A stretch of 60,199 nucleotides of DNA, the filler included, from a candidate division WOR-3 bacterium (lineage in GTDB: Bacteria; SDB-A), in NCBI GenBank assembly GCA_016934535.1. It is 6 parts of 6 records of this genome, joined end to end, with 100 filler letters (N's around TTAATTAATTAA, not from the genome) between each part and the next. Parts side by side here need not be neighbours in the genome. Positions count along the whole stretch, not along the records: positions 53,124 to 60,199 come from JAFGSQ010000040.1; 5 more parts are not named here. One strand, 5' to 3'. The notes beneath the pieces are model-generated. The model saw nothing but the letters and a program-made list of their open reading frames with translations. It did not search any database and was not told the origin of the DNA. How positions within the stretch are numbered: position 1 is the stretch's first letter; the number at the start of each line of letters is the position of its first letter. Shown piece by piece: positions 55,836-60,199 of this stretch. The position numbers and the translations under genes were made by a program.

Positions 55836-58800
55836 TTAAAACAGCAGTTTAATCCCGGTCGAAAGCTTCTGATAAGTATTCTCGTCAAATCTCTTCTCGC
55901 CGCTGTATGAGGCATAGAACCTGAAATTGCCTGTCACGCGAGCATCCGATATCAGATCCCAGTGAAATACGTAACCAGGATAATCCATAGCTTTGAGCTC
56001 AGCGGGAGCCGAGCGGATCGTATAATAATTGTAAGTAAATCCGAATGAAGCGTCCGACCTCAGGATTCCGGAATAAGACAGGCCGGCCGACAGGTCTGCT
56101 CTTCTGAAGCTGAATTTTCCAATACCCGGATAATTAACCAGTTCCCCGTAGTTTCTCAAAGTGCCGGATAAAACTATTCTCGGTTCGTATGCTCCAATTT
56201 CGAGCGCGGCCAGCGTTCTGGATTTAACTTCGTCAAAAATTGTTCTTTGGTCAGAAGTTATTTTTTCAGAAAAAAACTGCCCGTACGAGATTTCCTCCTC
56301 AAAACGGATTACTGCGTCGTATTCATAACCCGACAAAACGGACCATTCGGTTTTAACAAGGTCTCCCTCTTCGGCTGAACTTAAGTTTTTATCCATTTTA
56401 AACGAAAACCAGGCGCTTGCATCGGCCGTCAGCTCTTTTACGGCTCCGGCTGACAACAATCTCGAGCCTTTGATGGTGAATTTTTCATTCATGGTATTTT
56501 CCGAAGAAAAAAAAACGACTCTCAATGCGTCCTCGGAAATGTTAATTTCATGTGCTTTAACAATAAAACGAAAAGAATATCCTCCATACACAGGACAAAA
56601 AGAAGTGTACAAAGATACGTCGGTCACAGGGATTGACGCTCCTGTTTCCGCCCATTTTCTGATGAATTTTCCGTAAGGATCAGGATAGTAGACTCCAGCT
56701 ATCGAATCGAAGCTGTAATTGCCCTCTCCTTCTCTGACTTCTTCGAACAATGCCATTCTTGTGAAATATCGCGTTCTCGAGAGTGAATAATCGGCGTTTA
56801 AAAGTACAGTTCCGCCTGACAAAAGCGAGAGCGCTGCTTTACCTAAATAAAAAGACTGTTCAGGGGCGGGATTCTGCTCTCCGGGACTCTCCGTCCTTTT
56901 CGATGCGTATAATTCCGCCGACACTTTTTCTCCTGAAAACTCGCCTTGAAATCCGGTTTCCCTGGACTTCATGAATGCCGATCGTGAATCCTGCTGAATA
57001 ATGTCTTTCCTGCTTAAAAGCGTGAAAGCGGACAGTGAGAACTTATCGGTAAAAAACAACAACAATTTTCCTCTCACCCTGTCTGTCTGAAATCTTGAAG
57101 TGTCTTCCGAGTTTTCTCTCGAAAATATGACATCAGGTGCGAAAATCGAGAAACCGAAAACGCCGGCGATTGTTGTGACGTCCTCTGATGTCGAAACAGT
57201 ACCGATAGCCGGACCCGATGAAGTGTCTCCAGTCTGATCCGATCTGGCGATCGATATGTTTCTCCGGGAATTTCCAATCACAAATGTAAAAACAGTTCTC
57301 TCTTTGCAAAAATCAATGTTTTCCAAAAATCCTGCCTCTCCTCCGAACGATAAAAAACCGTAAACAGAACCTTTCAATCCTGCGCGGCCCCATTTTCCCC
57401 CGGGAGTGAGCAGCGAGGAGAAGTATTCAACGGGCGATTTGTGACCCCAATCGTCGAGAGAGGAGAATCTCCTGTCCAGAACAGCTATCTCGGCATCAAA
57501 ATTAAAACTGCTGCTTAAAAATCTTATGTTTGAGCCAAAACCGAAACCTTCATTATCATAATCGTCTCTGGATGAAAACAGATTTCTGTCTGAATATGAC
57601 CTTGCTCCTGTTAAATTCAATTCGAGCCTTTCTGAAGCGTACCCCGACGAGACAGTCTCGACCGATCTCATTTGTGCGGGTCTGACTGACACCTGTGCCG
57701 TGTAATCTCCAGATCCGGTTCCTGCGTATCTGAAACCCGGAAGCGCATCGTCGTAGATATAATCGCCCGATGCGCTGTCAACCTTTGTGAACGCAACTTC
57801 GTAAGAACCTTTTCCGTATCCTTTGAAAACGTAAACTCCTTCCTCAAGATCGTAGGAACCGTTTCCCTCGCCCACGAAAATTCCAGCGTCAACAAATGCA
57901 AGGTCCGCAGAATCTCCCAAAGATTCGAGTATTCTAACGGTCTGATCGCTGAGTGTAAAACCGTAAGGCGAATCTTTTACGTCTGAGAACCCGGCTCTCG
58001 TAAAATCCAAGTAAAATTCGCCGTAACCGGCCCCTGCGGATACAAGATGAAAAAATCTCCTGAAAGAATTTCCCGAAGCTTTGAAATAAACGATGGCTTT
58101 GTCCCCATCACTCAATGACACGTCGGGTGAAAACGTAATATGTGCTCCAAAGACTGTTTCTATCCTGTAATCCTTTGACTGCAAAAGAATACCGTTCAAA
58201 TACACTTTTTCACTGCCGGGTACGAAGTTTTTATTTTCCCTCCTTTCAATCAATACGTAAGGTCCCTGAAATCCGAATTTTAGCTCAACGATCTTCACCT
58301 GAGATTCATCCTTGAGCTCACCATACAAACCTTCCGCCGACAAATTATCATTTTTCAGCGATCCTTTGATCCCCAGAAGCTCACTGAACATTCTTCCCGC
58401 GAAATCGAAATCTCTTTGTTCTTCAATATCTCCCAAAGAAGCCTGTAAGACAGGAGACTCGAGAGTGATGTATATTTTATCCAGATCTCCCACGGGTATC
58501 GGTTCCCCGCTTCTTCCGCTGTTTACGTATCCCCCCACCTTCCAGTAATCGCTTACTAATCCAGTGAAATTTACAGCGAGGTCCTGTCTGACTTCGCTGT
58601 TCCCGGTCCCGGACCAGCCAAAACCGAAAGTCTTTTCTCCTCCTATGCTTATGTCGTCTTTTTTTTCTTCTTTTTCGAAAATCTCACCGTAATAAACTGT
58701 TGATGTGTCTTCGAAAACACGGGGAAGATAAGCTCTGTAGACGCTGTCGGCGACACTTGAAACCGGCACATATTGAACGACAACGGTGTCGAATATCGAA

Positions 58801-58979
58801 TCCGTAAAATAAACGAGCCCATTTTTGAAATCAGTTTCAACGCCGGTCAGCTCCGGAATAAAAACAATTGAATTGACGACTATCGGACTCACACTCAATT
58901 CGCGCAAACCATAAACGGGAGGCGCGAAAGTATCAAATGAAAGGAAAAACCCTACGGGTAAAAATGCTGGTAAGATCAC
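55836..58979 (-). CDS. large predicted outer-membrane protein
   Basis: Probable GTG start overlapping ndk stop; hydrophobic N-terminus; QGPY...VPGSEKVYLNG..L...DYRI motif; amphipathic beta strands ending in Phe. Confidence 0.7.
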   Translation of the reverse strand: MILPAFLPVGFFLSFDTFAPPVYGLRELSVSPIVVNSIVFIPELTGVETDFKNGLVYFTDSIFDTVVVQYVPVSSVADSVYRAYLPRVFEDTSTVYYGEIFEKEEKKDDISIGGEKTFGFGWSGTGNSEVRQDLAVNFTGLVSDYWKVGGYVNSGRSGEPIPVGDLDKIYITLESPVLQASLGDIEEQRDFDFAGRMFSELLGIKGSLKNDNLSAEGLYGELKDESQVKIVELKFGFQGPYVLIERRENKNFVPGSEKVYLNGILLQSKDYRIETVFGAHITFSPDVSLSDGDKAIVYFKASGNSFRRFFHLVSAGAGYGEFYLDFTRAGFSDVKDSPYGFTLSDQTVRILESLGDSADLAFVDAGIFVGEGNGSYDLEEGVYVFKGYGKGSYEVAFTKVDSASGDYIYDDALPGFRYAGTGSGDYTAQVSVRPAQMRSVETVSSGYASERLELNLTGARSYSDRNLFSSRDDYDNEGFGFGSNIRFLSSSFNFDAEIAVLDRRFSSLDDWGHKSPVEYFSSLLTPGGKWGRAGLKGSVYGFLSFGGEAGFLENIDFCKERTVFTFVIGNSRRNISIARSDQTGDTSSGPAIGTVSTSEDVTTIAGVFGFSIFAPDVIFSRENSEDTSRFQTDRVRGKLLLFFTDKFSLSAFTLLSRKDIIQQDSRSAFMKSRETGFQGEFSGEKVSAELYASKRTESPGEQNPAPEQSFYLGKAALSLLSGGTVLLNADYSLSRTRYFTRMALFEEVREGEGNYSFDSIAGVYYPDPYGKFIRKWAETGASIPVTDVSLYTSFCPVYGGYSFRFIVKAHEINISEDALRVVFFSSENTMNEKFTIKGSRLLSAGAVKELTADASAWFSFKMDKNLSSAEEGDLVKTEWSVLSGYEYDAVIRFEEEISYGQFFSEKITSDQRTIFDEVKSRTLAALEIGAYEPRIVLSGTLRNYGELVNYPGIGKFSFRRADLSAGLSYSGILRSDASFGFTYNYYTIRSAPAELKAMDYPGYVFHWDLISDARVTGNFRFYASYSGEKRFDENTYQKLSTGIKLLF

Positions 58980-59422
58980 TATATCCAGGAACGTGCTGCG
59001 AGTTTGTATTCGACAATTTCGTCTTCGGTGAAAAATATGCCGATTTCCCTCGCCGAGGAACGGTCCGAATCCGATGCGTGTATTATGTTCTGCCTGATTC
59101 TCATACCAAAATCCCCCCTGACAGTTCCTGGTTCTGCTTTCATGGGATCCGTTGCACCGCACATCTTACGAACGACTTCTATTCCGTTCTCTCCTTCGAG
59201 AACCATGACAACCGAAGGTCCTGACGTAATAAAGTTGATCAGTGAATCGTAAAAATCTTTTCCTTCGTGCTCTTTGTAGTGCTTTTTGGCGGTTTCTTTC
59301 GATATTTGAATCAGCTTGAGAGCGATTATTTTCAAGCCTCTTTTTTCGAATCTTGTGATTATTTCCCCTATTAGCTCCCTTTGAACGGCGTTTGGTTTTA
59401 TTATTATCAGGGTTTTTTTCAT
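58979..59422 (-). CDS. ndk: nucleoside diphosphate kinase
   Basis: TLIIIKPNAVQR, HY.EH..K.FY, GATDP..A.PGTVRGDF, NIIHASDS. Confidence 0.97.
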   Translation of the reverse strand: MKKTLIIIKPNAVQRELIGEIITRFEKRGLKIIALKLIQISKETAKKHYKEHEGKDFYDSLINFITSGPSVVMVLEGENGIEVVRKMCGATDPMKAEPGTVRGDFGMRIRQNIIHASDSDRSSAREIGIFFTEDEIVEYKLAARSWI

Positions 59423-59442
59423 CAATTCCCTCCTTTAAAAAT

Positions 59443-60199
59443 TCATCTTTGACAAAACCTTAATATTCTGGCAAAAGCCGATTTGTCCGGGATGTTTTTT
59501 TCATCGTAGACATAATTGTCCCCAAAAGACGCAACCGAGAGAAACACTCCTTCTCCGTACTGACTTGACACAAAATGCCTTTTTGCTGAAAACATTAACA
59601 AGTCTTCACATTCGTACAATATGACCGCGCCCGACTTTGAGATCTCTGATGAGACCTCAGTCCTCACCTTTTCATTTAATGCAAGAACCGAAACCGTCAG
59701 TTCGGAACCCGACAGGCTTAGTGTAGAAAAAAGTGAAAAAATCTTCACGTAGAATATTAAAATAAAAGCAGTTGTCGCTGATGCTTTACTTTTGAAAAAA
59801 ACCGAACACAAAGTCATAAGAAACAATGAGATAAAACCCGCCACAAATCCTAAAACAATTTTTCCGTCAGTTTCAATTGCATCGAAAGCCCAGCATAATT
59901 CGGGAATGTTTTTGAATATTCTTCCGCTTGAGAACATTATGGGATTTGAAAATACAAACACTTTTCCTTTCCCGAAATTTATTTCATGAAACAGCGGCAC
60001 TGAAGTCACCCCGGATTCTCCGCTTTTCCTAAGAGTCAATCCTTTAATGGATAACACGGGTTCCAAGGGAGAAGAAACAAAAATTTTCCGGAATAATCCG
60101 GGGTTTGCAAAAGACGTCCAAACAGTGTCGCCTTTTCTGATTTCAGCCGTAAAATATCCTGCTGAGCAGGGAGAATCTTCAGATTTTTCAGCCACAGCA
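59443..60199 (-). CDS. hypothetical membrane protein, 5' end outside window
   Basis: Frame open to window end; two TM segments. Confidence 0.6.
   Translation of the reverse strand, partial: AVAEKSEDSPCSAGYFTAEIRKGDTVWTSFANPGLFRKIFVSSPLEPVLSIKGLTLRKSGESGVTSVPLFHEINFGKGKVFVFSNPIMFSSGRIFKNIPELCWAFDAIETDGKIVLGFVAGFISLFLMTLCSVFFKSKASATTAFILIFYVKIFSLFSTLSLSGSELTVSVLALNEKVRTEVSSEISKSGAVILYECEDLLMFSAKRHFVSSQYGEGVFLSVASFGDNYVYDEKNIPDKSAFARILRFCQR

Noticed and set aside
58980-59162. N-terminal extension of the 1108-aa ORF overlapping ndk
   Set aside because: Shadow frame of ndk; the real start is likely the GTG at 58979

Overview
This window is not one continuous locus. It is six contigs joined by 100-nt N spacers containing TTAATTAATTAA (gaps at 13145-13244, 21319-21418, 29301-29400, 40534-40633, 53024-53123), so synteny across the gaps is meaningless. 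The DNA is bacterial (code 11; TGA is widely used as stop). The many FlgD-Ig/T9SS-like C-terminal sorting domains and a PorV-like gene suggest an FCB-related candidate lineage such as WOR-3 (inference). Contig 1: rpmH-rnpA-yidD-yidC, rsfS, fba, tcdA, tatD, a divergent EF-G, a HAD hydrolase and two S8 proteases. Contig 2: serpin, ECF sigma, NUDIX and tandem cyclase-STAND-TPR genes. Contig 3: a coupled operon of a GlmL/MutL-like ASKHA ATPase, one soluble protein and five membrane proteins, followed by an unannotated RiPP-precursor-like small ORF. Contig 4: secreted CTD-bearing proteins, PorV, and two genes with in-frame TGA. Contig 5: tRNA-Thr, proS, archaeal-type pheST, dtxR-feoAB, tRNA-Ala. 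Contig 6: a sigma54 two-component system, a large outer-membrane protein and ndk. Top leads: (1) a hidden secreted thioredoxin/Omp28-fold candidate selenoprotein (UxxC plus SECIS-like hairpin) with a surface-sorting CTD, in a tandem duplication; (2) the GlmL-like ATPase/DUF6754 membrane operon with no visible mutase; (3) the GG-leader Cys-containing peptide gene.
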